Shown in pieces: positions 11,015 through 21,188 of a stretch of DNA of 64,000 bases. The stretch's first letter is position 1, and each line of letters begins with the position of its first letter. The position numbers and the translations under genes were made by a program. This DNA comes from an uncultured delta proteobacterium (GTDB lineage Bacteria > Desulfobacterota > Binatia > UBA9968): positions 1 to 64,000 of the forward strand of contig CAVUVW010000027.1 in assembly GCA_963745035.1 (NCBI GenBank). The letters are read 5' to 3'. Under the pieces are notes generated by a model that saw only the letters and a list, made by a program, of their open reading frames with translations, was not told where the DNA came from and made no database searches.

Positions 11015-12319
11015 TTAAAACTGATAGCGAAGATTCATAGCTACGAAATTCTGGAAGATCTCGTATTTGTCGCGGCCCGGCACCCCTGGATAGGGTAGGG
11101 CGGCAGGATTATTACCTGTTTCTAGTGCATTATTTCGCACCCGCCTATCCTCATAAAATATAGCCATATAACTTATATCTAGATGAACGCTATTCCAGCG
11201 ATAACCAATACCGCCGTTCAGTGTTAATATGTTGGCACCGGGTATTGTAGGATTGAGTGTTCGATCAGGGATTGGGGTTTGATCCAAGGAAAAACCCGTT
11301 CGTAGTTCAAGGGCGTCTGTCAATGCGTAAGCAGTTCCTGCTCGTATTGTGCTTGTATCTTTCCAATCCTGTGGCAGCAAGAAGCCAGGGATCAAGACGG
11401 CTCCCCCCAATGCAGGCAGGGGTGAGTTAAACCTTGCCTTGAGATGATTGAACTCACTCCAACGGGTAAAGTTGTAATCTACTTCCAGTTTCCAGCTTGG
11501 CGTAATCTGCCACTGAATCCCAGCATTGATCACTGGCGGTATCGGAACATTAATGCCGCTGGCTCTTGTAACCGTTGAGGCCCCGCCCGTCGCGAGGGCG
11601 TCCGAGAATTTAACATCAGAACCGTCAAACTCCAGAGCTACTCGGCTACGGTAGGTAAAACCCAATTTTATTTTCTCGTGGGGTTTAACGAGTATACCAA
11701 TGTTGTAACCATAGGCGTCGTCCGTACCCGTGATGCGTAGTCGCCCTTCCCCGATCCCCTCGACCCCTAAGAAAAGCCGCCGCGACAATAGCGCCGACGA
11801 ATGGACAAAGCTTATGCCTCCGCCAATGGAAAGGTAAGGTGTCGGATTCCATGCGATCGAGGGGGTGACATAGAGAGTCTTGAGCTGGGAACGAATAGCA
11901 GCAAAACGTGTGAAGCTTGCTTCATCATACGACGTTGCCAATCCGAATGGTGTGTAGCTCCCGAGTCCGAGGGTTAGTTCCGTGCCAGGAACATGGTAAT
12001 TCGCGAAGAATGTCGGAAGCAGATCATCGTCGTGGGCGTTTTTGGAACTTCGGCCATTATTTTTTACTCGGCTGATGGTGTTTACGTAATTAACCCCCGC
12101 CATCAGCTGATTACCGGGAACGTTTATAAGGGCTGCCGGGTTTATGTATGTCGCTGAGGGATCTGCAACTCCTGCGGTAATCGCATTCGCCAGCCCTACA
12201 CCGAACGCAGTTTGTTCCGCGATTGCAAAACCACCCGCCTGGAGCACCGTACCGCTCAGATGTAGTGAGCCGATACAGGAGGCAAGTCCGATATTTAAAA
12301 GCAGAAGTTTAACTTTCAT
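11015..12319 (-). CDS. FadL/OmpP1/TodX family outer-membrane transporter
   Basis: Signal peptide, AGGFAIAEQ, NPAAL hatch motif, PFGL, C-terminal YQF. Confidence 0.9.
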   Translation of the reverse strand: MKVKLLLLNIGLASCIGSLHLSGTVLQAGGFAIAEQTAFGVGLANAITAGVADPSATYINPAALINVPGNQLMAGVNYVNTISRVKNNGRSSKNAHDDDLLPTFFANYHVPGTELTLGLGSYTPFGLATSYDEASFTRFAAIRSQLKTLYVTPSIAWNPTPYLSIGGGISFVHSSALLSRRLFLGVEGIGEGRLRITGTDDAYGYNIGILVKPHEKIKLGFTYRSRVALEFDGSDVKFSDALATGGASTVTRASGINVPIPPVINAGIQWQITPSWKLEVDYNFTRWSEFNHLKARFNSPLPALGGAVLIPGFLLPQDWKDTSTIRAGTAYALTDALELRTGFSLDQTPIPDRTLNPTIPGANILTLNGGIGYRWNSVHLDISYMAIFYEDRRVRNNALETGNNPAALPYPGVPGRDKYEIFQNFVAMNLRYQF

Positions 12320-12437
12320 TCATGCTCCGAAACGATTGACTAATAGACGTAACTCAAATATAGGGATGATAAATATCGCCAAATCGTGCCATAACGATTT
12401 AACATATGCAAGAAAATTTCAATTGCCGCCATGATCG

Positions 12438-14060
12438 GTGGGGAATATTCGGTATTGCTTCAATCAACAAAATTCCTTTCCCCAGATAATAGGGCGTTCT
12501 ATGACACTCAATACCAGCGATAGTTGCGTCCATGGATGGGATCCAATTTGTCAGCCTAAGATTCCGAGCCTTGCCGCCGAGAAACCAACTGTTCTGAGTA
12601 GCAAAGCACTGAAAAGAATAATCGGGATTACGCGTAGTATACCGATGACTCCTGCTGAGATGGCGAGATCCCTTCGAGTCGCGTTCTATCCCTCCGCTAC
12701 AGCAAGTGAAAGGTTAACGTATTTTCTTAACGGTCTGAAAGACGCTCTTCTACGTGCGGGTAGTGAAGTGCTGGATTACCAGCAAGCGTTGGCCGAGGGG
12801 GCTGATGATCGGATAGGCGAGGGAATTGTTTTGATTGCGACTGGAGAGGGAGAATCTGGTAATTTGGCCATCGATCATGTGTCCAATCTCCGAAACAACA
12901 CCGTAATAGCCGTTTTGGACGGCACTTTGCCAAATATTAGAGGGGGGGTGTTTCAAAAAAGGATCGATGCGCTCGTTGGTGCACTGGTCTGGCATATGGC
13001 GCATGTGGTGATCTATGTTGACGAATTGTCATGGACCGTCTGCACTATGAATGGAGGAATCGATACATTTGGTATGGAAAGCATGGGAGACCGAGTTGTT
13101 GACTCATTAATTCCAAAGCTAGCTGCACCCATCCAGCCTCCAAAAAAAGAAGATTTCAGATTCCGTGACGAACCGTTTAATCCGGCGGATCCTGTGTATG
13201 AACTCAGTGTTCACGATTTGCTCAGGGGCGCAGAAATTTGGGGCCGAAGTGGGCTACTGCCATCGCAGACGAAACTTGAAACGCTTGGTTTTCGCAACCA
13301 TAGATACCGCAGGATCGCCTTGGCCTTTTTGAACGAACGAACCGGCATGAGCTACGGGTTTCTTGCTCGGCAACTACCGGGCAAGGTTTGGCCAGCGATG
13401 CAATTGGATGAGACCGATTCGATGCTGCAAAAAGTCGATTGGGACGAACAGGACTTCATGGAGCTTGATGGCGGGGTCATAGTTGCGCCCATGGTCGGAA
13501 AACAACGGTTTGTCGTTCGCGTTCCGGAGGTCGCGGTCTTATGTACTAGATCTGGTTGTGAGAAAATTCGGCTTGATCCTTCCACAGATTTGGTACAACT
13601 CATTTTGAGCAATGGACAGGTGCAATTGAGGTCTCCCGTAGGGCTAATGTCGGAGAGTGATTGTCAACCTTCCTTTGATACCCTGACAATCCTTTCCCAT
13701 GCGGTAGGAAACGCGATAGCTGCCAGCATTCTTTATCGAGTTCGTCGTCAATCAAGTCTTGTTCGTTCGCTGGAGCAAGATGGATTCGCGATCGCGCATT
13801 GGCATGGATATCCGGCTATTCACGCATTGCCGAAGGGGTACCATATGCACGGCCAACTAAATCCGCCTGTTTCTTGTTCCACACCGCAGGCGGCGGTTTT
13901 CTCGCTGTCCGGAAAGTTAGAGGTGTTAGCATCGAGCATCATATCGGGCGATGAGTATCTAGGGGATGTGCACATTGAGCTGTCTCATGGAACGAACTTA
14001 AATGGTTCAACGTTGATTGAGCTCGCGAAAATGGCCACTGCCGGTGATTGTCAAATTTAA
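12438..14060 (+). CDS. Hypothetical protein with probable C-terminal class II aldolase/adducin-like domain (start may be 12501 or 12645)
   Basis: CTRSGCEK..LDP..DLV, QPSFD, HWH and a later HG follow the class II aldolase motif order. Confidence 0.6.
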   Translation: MGNIRYCFNQQNSFPQIIGRSMTLNTSDSCVHGWDPICQPKIPSLAAEKPTVLSSKALKRIIGITRSIPMTPAEMARSLRVAFYPSATASERLTYFLNGLKDALLRAGSEVLDYQQALAEGADDRIGEGIVLIATGEGESGNLAIDHVSNLRNNTVIAVLDGTLPNIRGGVFQKRIDALVGALVWHMAHVVIYVDELSWTVCTMNGGIDTFGMESMGDRVVDSLIPKLAAPIQPPKKEDFRFRDEPFNPADPVYELSVHDLLRGAEIWGRSGLLPSQTKLETLGFRNHRYRRIALAFLNERTGMSYGFLARQLPGKVWPAMQLDETDSMLQKVDWDEQDFMELDGGVIVAPMVGKQRFVVRVPEVAVLCTRSGCEKIRLDPSTDLVQLILSNGQVQLRSPVGLMSESDCQPSFDTLTILSHAVGNAIAASILYRVRRQSSLVRSLEQDGFAIAHWHGYPAIHALPKGYHMHGQLNPPVSCSTPQAAVFSLSGKLEVLASSIISGDEYLGDVHIELSHGTNLNGSTLIELAKMATAGDCQI

Positions 14061-14167
14061 GTGGTCGCCAAAAACCAGAGTTGTGACAGGTCAATAATTC
14101 GCAACGGTGGCTAGGCTGAAGCCATGAACGCTAACTCAAGTTCTCACTGATAAAACATTTAATTTGG

Positions 14168-16335
14168 ATGTATTGGTACACCGTAAACTACGGCTTAGGG
14201 ATACTTTTCCCATTTGTCGTCGGGCTATTCGTGCTCTATCGCGGAGAGTCGCGACAATTAGTCCGCCGAACGTGGTTTTCTCTGTGCGTCTTCGTCACAC
14301 TGTGGCATGCGGGCAAGTTTTGGATCGTCCTCTCGGATTCCGAATTAATTGCCGCTCAGGCAGCAACACTAATTTATGTGGCAGCGATACTGATTCCACC
14401 CGCGTATTTGCATTTTATTTTGGCGCTGCTGACACAGGAAAAACGACGAAGTGTTTTTCTAATCGGTTGTTATGGTTTTGCGGGGGTGGAGCTCCTGCTA
14501 CTGACCTCTGGTCATTTAATTGATGGAGTTAGAAATTATGAAGGTTTAGGATTTTATGAAGTTCCCGGCAGGATGTTCTGGTTGTATTTCTTCAGTTACA
14601 CACTCGTACCGGGTTTCGCCGTCCTCCAGTTAATTCGTGAAATTGGCCGTACTGACAGTGCGGTAAAAAGCAACCAACTGCGATACGTCATCTATTCTAG
14701 TCTCATTGGCTTCTTGTCAGGTATCACTTCATTTTTTCCTTTTGTGAGCGTTGCGATTCCACCGCTCGGAGCACCTCTAGTCTACTTCTATACTCTCCCT
14801 ATTGCGTACGCCGTCGCACGATATCGGCTGTTGGATATCGATGTGGTAATCAAGAAGAGCGTAATTTATGCAATACTACTTCTGTGTTTGCTGTTGCCAT
14901 GCTATGTCGTCGTCATTTTAGGTCAAAAGATCGCCTTTGGGGTTGTGAGTTACGATTTTTCAGTCGGAACGCTCGCGCTGTTGATAGTCGTCGGATTCTA
15001 TTTTCCAAAGTTACGTTTCAGAACAGAGGAGGCCTTGGAACGCGTTCTCTTTAACAAGCGCATAGATAGTAGAAACGTACTTCTGCGGTCGAGTCGGGAT
15101 ATGGTCTCCATTGTGGAGATAAACGCTTTGTCCGACAAGCTTGTATGCGCGATCAAAGAGTCACTAGACATCCGAGCGGTGTCGCTGCTTTTGGCGGAAG
15201 AGAATGCCGGGGATTATTATCTGCGGGCAAGTGTAGGTTTGAAAGTAGAGCAATCTGAGCGTGTAGTCTTGCCACGAGAAGGACCTCTGATTCAGTTGCT
15301 TCAACGTAGACAGGAACCAATTGTGCGAGAAGAGTTGGAATGGGTTCCGGTCGGCCCGGGAACTCCGCAAACCATCGCGACGATGGCAAACTCGGGGCAG
15401 AGATAAGTTTGCCCATCATATCCAAGGAAAAACTCATCGGTATTCTCAACTTGGGGCATAAGGAAGACAAGACGCTTTACTCCAACGAAGATCTCGAACT
15501 GCTCTCCACTTTGGCGAACCAGGCGGCGATCGCCATCGAAAACGCCCGCCTCTACGAAAACCTCAAACAGTCCCAAGATACGCTCCGGCGCGCGGATCGA
15601 CTGTCGTCTTTGGGGTTGCTTACTGCCGGTTTGGCGCACGAGATCCGGAATCCGCTGGTGGCGATTCGCACCTTCACCCAGCTTTTGCCCGAGCGGTATG
15701 ACGATGCGGAGTTCCGCGAGGGATTCCAGGGGCTCGCGCTCAAGGAAGTTGATCGGATTTGCGGGCTTATTAACGACCTTTTGAGCTTTGCACGACCTTC
15801 CAAACCCAATGTCGCGCCAGAAAACGTCAATGACGTCGTCGATAACATCGCGCGCATCTTGGAGACGCAAGCAAAAGAGAAAGGAATGGCAATTTCGCGC
15901 GAATTCAATGACAATCTACCGAAGGTCTGGATTGACAGGGAGCAGATGAAGCAGGTATTTATGAACCTAATTTTGAACGCGATCCAGGCAATGAGAGAGG
16001 GCGGGTCGATCAGCATCGCGACCCGCGCGGTGCAGCGAAACGGAGCGGAGCCTTCCGGTGAGTTTGTCCAGGTGGAAGTTCGAGACACGGGTATCGGTAT
16101 CCCCGAGGAAAATTTGCAGCACATTTTCGATCCTTTCTTTACCAGCAAGGATGAAGGCAGCGGGTTGGGTCTAGCGGTCTCCCACCAAATCGTGCAGGAA
16201 CACGGCGGTTTTGTCACCGTCGAGAGTACCGTGGGAAAGGGTACGGCGTTTTTCGTCCATGTCCCCGTCGGCAAGCCGATTCGTCCGGCGCCCAATCCGC
16301 GCGCTCACGTGAATGAAGCGAATCTTAGTCATTGA
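14168..16335 (+). CDS. Multi-TM (7TM-type) + GAF sensor histidine kinase (frameshift near 15390)
   Basis: Hydrophobic N-terminus, YAVARYRLLDI, GAF ending AIENARLY, LAHEIRNP, NLILNA, DTGIGI, GSGLGL. Confidence 0.9.
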
Positions 16336-18211
16336 CGAATCGGAAGTCGTCCGAGAAACACTGGCTCTTATTCTCGGAAGAGAGTTTGCCGTTGTAAAGC
16401 GGCCCCTGGCTTCACGAGGCGGAAGCCTCGCGGACGCGCGCGAGGATGTCGACCTTTTAATTTTAGGTGTGACGCCGCAATTGGGTTCCCAAGTCGCCGC
16501 GCTGCTGCGCTTGGCCGCGCAGCTCCCGTTCGCGGTGCTTTTTCTGGTCGACTCCAAGTCGATTGCGCGCAGCATCGAGAGCGAGGCGGAGGTCGGCTGT
16601 CTCGCCAAGCCTTTCAATCCCTACGAGCTGCACGAGAAGGTCGGGCAGCTTCTCGCGCGGCGGCCGAACTTTCCCGCAAGCGCCTATCTCGGCCGGGAAC
16701 CCGCCGCGCTGGATCTGTCCGGCTATTTGAACTTCCCGTTTCTCAGCCGGAGCGCCGCCAGCCTCGTGAGCAGGTTTGCCGCGGCGCGGTTGCCGTTGTT
16801 GCTGTCGGGAGAGACGGGCTGTGGCCAAGAGCGCGTCGCCGCCGCGATTTGCGGCCTCGATAAAGTTCCCGGTTTGCGGCTCTCCATGAACGCGGCGGAA
16901 GCCAGTGAGGAGGTTCTTGCCGAGCTCCGCCTGCGACTGTCTATGCAGGAAGACTTCGGATCGATGCCGGTCACTCTCGTGATCCAGAACCTCGACAAGA
17001 GCTCGCGCGCGGCGCAAGCGCTGATGCTGGATTTTTTGGAAGAGGCGGCGTGCAGACGGGACGGCGTCCGATATCTCACGACGGCCCATGCCGACCTGTT
17101 GGAGCAAGTCTATCGCGGCGAGTTTCTCGAAGCTCTGTATTACAGGCTTGCGACCTTGACGCTACGCTTGCCGCCGTTGCGCGAACGGCGCGACGAGATT
17201 CCGGCCTTGGTGGAGTGGCTTGCCCGCGCCTATGCGCGAAAACTCCAGATGGGGGACCCGGAGTTTTCCCCGGAGGCGAGGCGGCGCTTGAGCACCTATC
17301 TCTGGTTCGGCAACGTGTGCGAGCTGGAGACCGTCGTCGCGCGCACGCTCGCGTGCCATCGTAAGCCGCGCATCGACGACGGCGATCTGATTTTCGATTT
17401 CAGCCGCGAGCCAGCGCCGCTGCTGCACGTGGATTTCCAGTCGGCGGGATTCGTCGAACGCCGTGAGGACACGGAAGCGCCCGAGCCCAAATTCGAGCTT
17501 TATGGCAGCGCTCCCACCCCGGCGGGCTCTGCCAACGGGCATGCAACGATGGCCGACTTGCACGTCGTGATTCACGAGCTTGCCCACGAGCTCAAGAATC
17601 CGATGGTCACCATCAAAACCTTCGCGCAGCTGCTCGGCGAGCGTTACCAAGACGAAGACTTTCGCAGCCGCTTTCAAGAAGTCGTCGGCAGCGACATCGA
17701 GCGCATGGACGATCTTCTGGAAATGATGATCGAGTTTGCCGACTTTGCCGGACCGCGGTTCAGCCGAGTGTCACTGTCCGAGAAGGTGCGCGCGGTGCTC
17801 ACCAAGATTCACGGCGAGTGCGCCAAGCGCCAAGCCCGCTTCGAGTGGAAGGGGAGCGGCGGCGCGGGCGAAATCCGCGCGGACGAATCGCAACTCGAGT
17901 ACATTCTGAAAAATGTGTTGATCGTGACTCTTTCGGAGGCGCGCCTGGGCAGCGAGATTGAGCTCGATCTGTCGGCGCACGGCATGCTGGCGGTCAGCTA
18001 CCAGCGTGAAGGTGGACGGGTGGCGTCGATCTCTCGCTATTTGGATGAGCAAAGCCGGCGGGCCGACGAGAGCGTTCTTCCCCTGCGCGTCTTGTTAGCG
18101 AAGCACTTGCTGGAAAGAAACGGCGGTCGGTTCGCGGTCGATCCCGCCGAAGGCGAGAAAGAAACGTTGAGACTGGAGTTTCCGCTTGCAGAGCACCGAA
18201 ATGAAGACTGA
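16313..18211 (+). CDS. Atypical pseudo-receiver + degenerate sigma-54 AAA+ + HisKA protein
   Basis: ILVIDE...KPF, GETGCGQE, LYYRL, LPPLRER, WFGNVCEL, LAHELKNP. Confidence 0.8.
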   Translation: MKRILVIDESEVVRETLALILGREFAVVKRPLASRGGSLADAREDVDLLILGVTPQLGSQVAALLRLAAQLPFAVLFLVDSKSIARSIESEAEVGCLAKPFNPYELHEKVGQLLARRPNFPASAYLGREPAALDLSGYLNFPFLSRSAASLVSRFAAARLPLLLSGETGCGQERVAAAICGLDKVPGLRLSMNAAEASEEVLAELRLRLSMQEDFGSMPVTLVIQNLDKSSRAAQALMLDFLEEAACRRDGVRYLTTAHADLLEQVYRGEFLEALYYRLATLTLRLPPLRERRDEIPALVEWLARAYARKLQMGDPEFSPEARRRLSTYLWFGNVCELETVVARTLACHRKPRIDDGDLIFDFSREPAPLLHVDFQSAGFVERREDTEAPEPKFELYGSAPTPAGSANGHATMADLHVVIHELAHELKNPMVTIKTFAQLLGERYQDEDFRSRFQEVVGSDIERMDDLLEMMIEFADFAGPRFSRVSLSEKVRAVLTKIHGECAKRQARFEWKGSGGAGEIRADESQLEYILKNVLIVTLSEARLGSEIELDLSAHGMLAVSYQREGGRVASISRYLDEQSRRADESVLPLRVLLAKHLLERNGGRFAVDPAEGEKETLRLEFPLAEHRNED

Positions 18212-19619
18212 CAGGAGCCAGCCGCTGCTGCTGGTCGTGGATGACGAGGCGGGAGTCCGGCAGTCTCTGCAGCTGGTCTTCAACAAATCCTACAATATCT
18301 TGGAAGCGAGCTCCGCGGACGAAGCCATCGAGAAGACTTCGAGTGAAAAGCCCGACGTGATTCTGCTGGACATCATGATGCCGGGGACCGACGGCCTCGG
18401 CGTCCTAAAGCAGATCAAATCGGTTCATCCGGACTGCCAGGTCATCATGCTGACCGGCCTCAACACGGCGCGCACGGCGTTTGTCGCCAAGGGCACGGGC
18501 GCCTTCGATTATGTGACCAAGCCCTTCGACGTGGAGGAGCTGCGCCTGCGCGTGGAGCACGCGCTGGAAAAGATCCAGCTGTCGCGCGAATTGGAGCGTT
18601 TAAAGGAGGAGGTCGGTCGGAAGTACGGCGTCGAGCAGATCATCGGCAGATCCAAGCAGATCATCGACGTCTTCAAAGCCGTGAGCATGGTGGCGGGGAA
18701 GAAAAGCACGGTCTTGATCACCGGAGAAAGCGGCACCGGCAAGGAGCTGATCGCGCGGGCGATTCACTATAACAGCGACCGGCGCGCGAAGCCGTTCGTC
18801 GTAGTCAACTGCGCCGCCTTGCCGGACACGCTGATCGAGAGCGAGCTCTTCGGCTATGAAAGAGGCGCGTTCACCAACGCTTCGCAAAAGAAAGTCGGAC
18901 GTTTCGAGCTGGCGCATGGCGGCACGCTCTTCCTGGACGAGATCGGCGAGCTCAATCTCGGTACCCAGGCAAAATTTTTGCGGGCCATCGAGCAAGAAAC
19001 CTTCACCCGCTTGGGAGGCACGGACGAGATCAAAGTAGACGTGCGCGTGGTGGCGGCGAGCAATCGTGACCTGGAGCAGATGGCCAAAAACGCGGAGTTT
19101 CGCCCCGACTTGTTTTATCGCCTCAATGTCGTCTCGTTGTTTTTGCCGCCGCTACGGGAGCGCCGCGAAGATATCGCGGTGCTGCTCGATCATTTCCTCC
19201 GCCTCAAAGCGCGGGAGCATTCGATCACCTGCAAGACTCTTTCTCCCGAAGTCGTGGATTTTTTCGTGTCCTATCCTTGGCCGGGTAATATCCGCGAGCT
19301 CGAGAATCTCATCGAACGACTCACCATTTTGACCCCGCACGAAACCGTGATGTTGCGCGATCTTCCCACCGGCATGCGCTCCGCCGATCAAACCGCCACG
19401 CTCAAGGAGGATGTGTTGAGCGGGTCGCGGCCGCTCAGCGATGCGGTGGACGAATTCGAGCGGGAGCTGATCGTCAAGGCCTTGCAGCGCACCGGCTTTA
19501 ACCAAACCAAGGCCGCATCCTTGCTCGGAACCAGCCGGCGAATTCTCAAATATCGCATTGAAAAGCTTAAGATAAACGACCCCGACGAATCCGACTCGGA
19601 AGTGAAGCTTTCGACATAA
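18201..19619 (+). CDS. NtrC-family sigma-54-dependent response regulator
   Basis: REC (DD, D, KPF), GESGTGKE, GAFTNA, LFLDEIGE, WPGNIREL, Fis-type HTH. Confidence 0.95.
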   Translation: MKTDRSQPLLLVVDDEAGVRQSLQLVFNKSYNILEASSADEAIEKTSSEKPDVILLDIMMPGTDGLGVLKQIKSVHPDCQVIMLTGLNTARTAFVAKGTGAFDYVTKPFDVEELRLRVEHALEKIQLSRELERLKEEVGRKYGVEQIIGRSKQIIDVFKAVSMVAGKKSTVLITGESGTGKELIARAIHYNSDRRAKPFVVVNCAALPDTLIESELFGYERGAFTNASQKKVGRFELAHGGTLFLDEIGELNLGTQAKFLRAIEQETFTRLGGTDEIKVDVRVVAASNRDLEQMAKNAEFRPDLFYRLNVVSLFLPPLRERREDIAVLLDHFLRLKAREHSITCKTLSPEVVDFFVSYPWPGNIRELENLIERLTILTPHETVMLRDLPTGMRSADQTATLKEDVLSGSRPLSDAVDEFERELIVKALQRTGFNQTKAASLLGTSRRILKYRIEKLKINDPDESDSEVKLST

Positions 19620-19729
19620 ACGGACAAATTTGTTCCGCAATTCCCTTTTTGGTGAGTAAAGAGAGTTGCCGAACATCCCCTCTCGCTGTTTTTTGCTGCT
19701 AAAATAGCTGTTTAGGCCTGGTTTTTTGG

Positions 19730-19745
19730 TGGCATATTCCTTGCT
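19730..19745 (+). promoter_or_regulatory. sigma-54 (-24/-12) promoter
   Basis: TGGCATATTCCTTGCT: GG-N10-GC, close to the TGGCAC-N5-TTGCW consensus. Confidence 0.7.
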
Positions 19746-19759
19746 CGAATATGCTTTCC

Positions 19760-20881
19760 ATGAATGCCACCAAGGCCAATATTTTGGTCGTTGACGATGA
19801 AATGGGCCCGCGGGAATCCCTTAAGATGATTCTCAACCCGCATTACAACGTTTACACGGCTGATCGGGGAACCCAAGCGGTGGATATGCTGAAGCAACAT
19901 CCGGTGGATCTGGTCACTTTGGATCTCAAGATGCCCGGTTTCAGCGGCATCAACGTCTTGGAAAAAGTGAAGCAGCACGATCCGGACATTGAAGCGATCA
20001 TTATCACCGGATACGGTTCGCTCGATACCGCGATCGAGGGCCTGCGTCTGGGAGCGTTCGACTACATTTCCAAACCCTTCGACGTCAACCATATCCTCGC
20101 CCTGGTTCGCCGGGGTTTGGAGCGGCGCAACGCCAAATCGCAGCTTCGCCAAGTCAAATCGGATTTCCTATCCAACATTTCACACGAGTTGAGAACGCCG
20201 CTCAGCGTCGTTGTCGGATTCGTCTATCTCTTGCTCAATCAAGTGATCGGCAAGCTCACCGAAGAACAGCAAAAGGTCCTCGAGACGGTGTACCGCAATT
20301 CCGAAGAGTTGCTCGAGCTGATCGACAACGTGCTGTGGATGACCTCGCTCAACGCCGGCGACGCCAGCGCTACCCTCGAACGGTTCGATGCTCGGGACGT
20401 CGTGAACGAGACGATGAAGCGCTACGAAAAGACTATCCGGGAAAAGGGCCTGCGCCTGAATATCCAATTGGGCGACGGCGATACCTCACTGGTCAGCGAT
20501 CGGACAAAGTTCGAACGCGTGTTCCAGAACGTGTTCAACAACGCGGTGAAATTTACGGCCGAGGGCGAGATCGCCGTCAAAGTGCAGCCGTCGCCACAGC
20601 ACAACGGCGTCGAGTTGGAAATCCGTGATACGGGAGTCGGCATCGAACAAAGCAAGGTCGATTCAATCTTCGAGCCATTCCATCAAGCCGATAATTCGAT
20701 GCAGCGGCCGTTCTCGGGGCTGGGAATCGGCCTGACGGTTGCGCGCCGTATGGCGGAGTTGATTGGCGGTAAGCTGGCGGTGGCGAGCAAACCCGGCGTC
20801 GGCACGCGCGTGAGCATAAATTTTCCTTCGCAAACGAGCGCGGCTGCTCTGTTGGCAACTGCCCAACGAAAATATGGCTGA
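19760..20881 (+). CDS. Hybrid REC-histidine kinase
   Basis: N-terminal REC, ISHELRTP, NNAVKF, DTGVGI, GLGIGL. Confidence 0.93.
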   Translation: MNATKANILVVDDEMGPRESLKMILNPHYNVYTADRGTQAVDMLKQHPVDLVTLDLKMPGFSGINVLEKVKQHDPDIEAIIITGYGSLDTAIEGLRLGAFDYISKPFDVNHILALVRRGLERRNAKSQLRQVKSDFLSNISHELRTPLSVVVGFVYLLLNQVIGKLTEEQQKVLETVYRNSEELLELIDNVLWMTSLNAGDASATLERFDARDVVNETMKRYEKTIREKGLRLNIQLGDGDTSLVSDRTKFERVFQNVFNNAVKFTAEGEIAVKVQPSPQHNGVELEIRDTGVGIEQSKVDSIFEPFHQADNSMQRPFSGLGIGLTVARRMAELIGGKLAVASKPGVGTRVSINFPSQTSAAALLATAQRKYG

Positions 20882-21022
20882 CGATCGCTCATATTTGGTG
20901 CCACAGCGACGATGTCATGGCGGTGGTCAAGCGGCGCCCCGTGACGGTCGAAAAAATACCCGAGCATTCCGCCCCCCAGACCTACGCTTTCTACCGGCGC
21001 TAACTTTCTTATTGCGCGTTTG

Positions 21023-21050
21023 GCAGTCCGCCGAGTACTCGTCGGACTGC
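21023..21050. repeat. Near-perfect palindrome between convergent genes
   Basis: GCAGTCCGCCGAGTACTCGTCGGACTGC. Confidence 0.6.
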
Positions 21051-21188
21051 GTTAGCTTCCTCTTTGGCGAATCCGGAACCGGTCCCGGAGAAAACATTCG
21101 GAGATGACGCCTCTTTTTTCTGATGTGGCGTTCCCCGTTGCGTGATCACTCCTTGCGCGGGACGCAGGGCGGGAGGTGTCAACTTGTC

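Noticed and set aside
12376-12392. sigma-54 promoter upstream of fadL (TGGCACGATTTGGCG on minus)
   Set aside because: GG-to-GC spacing is 9 rather than the required 10
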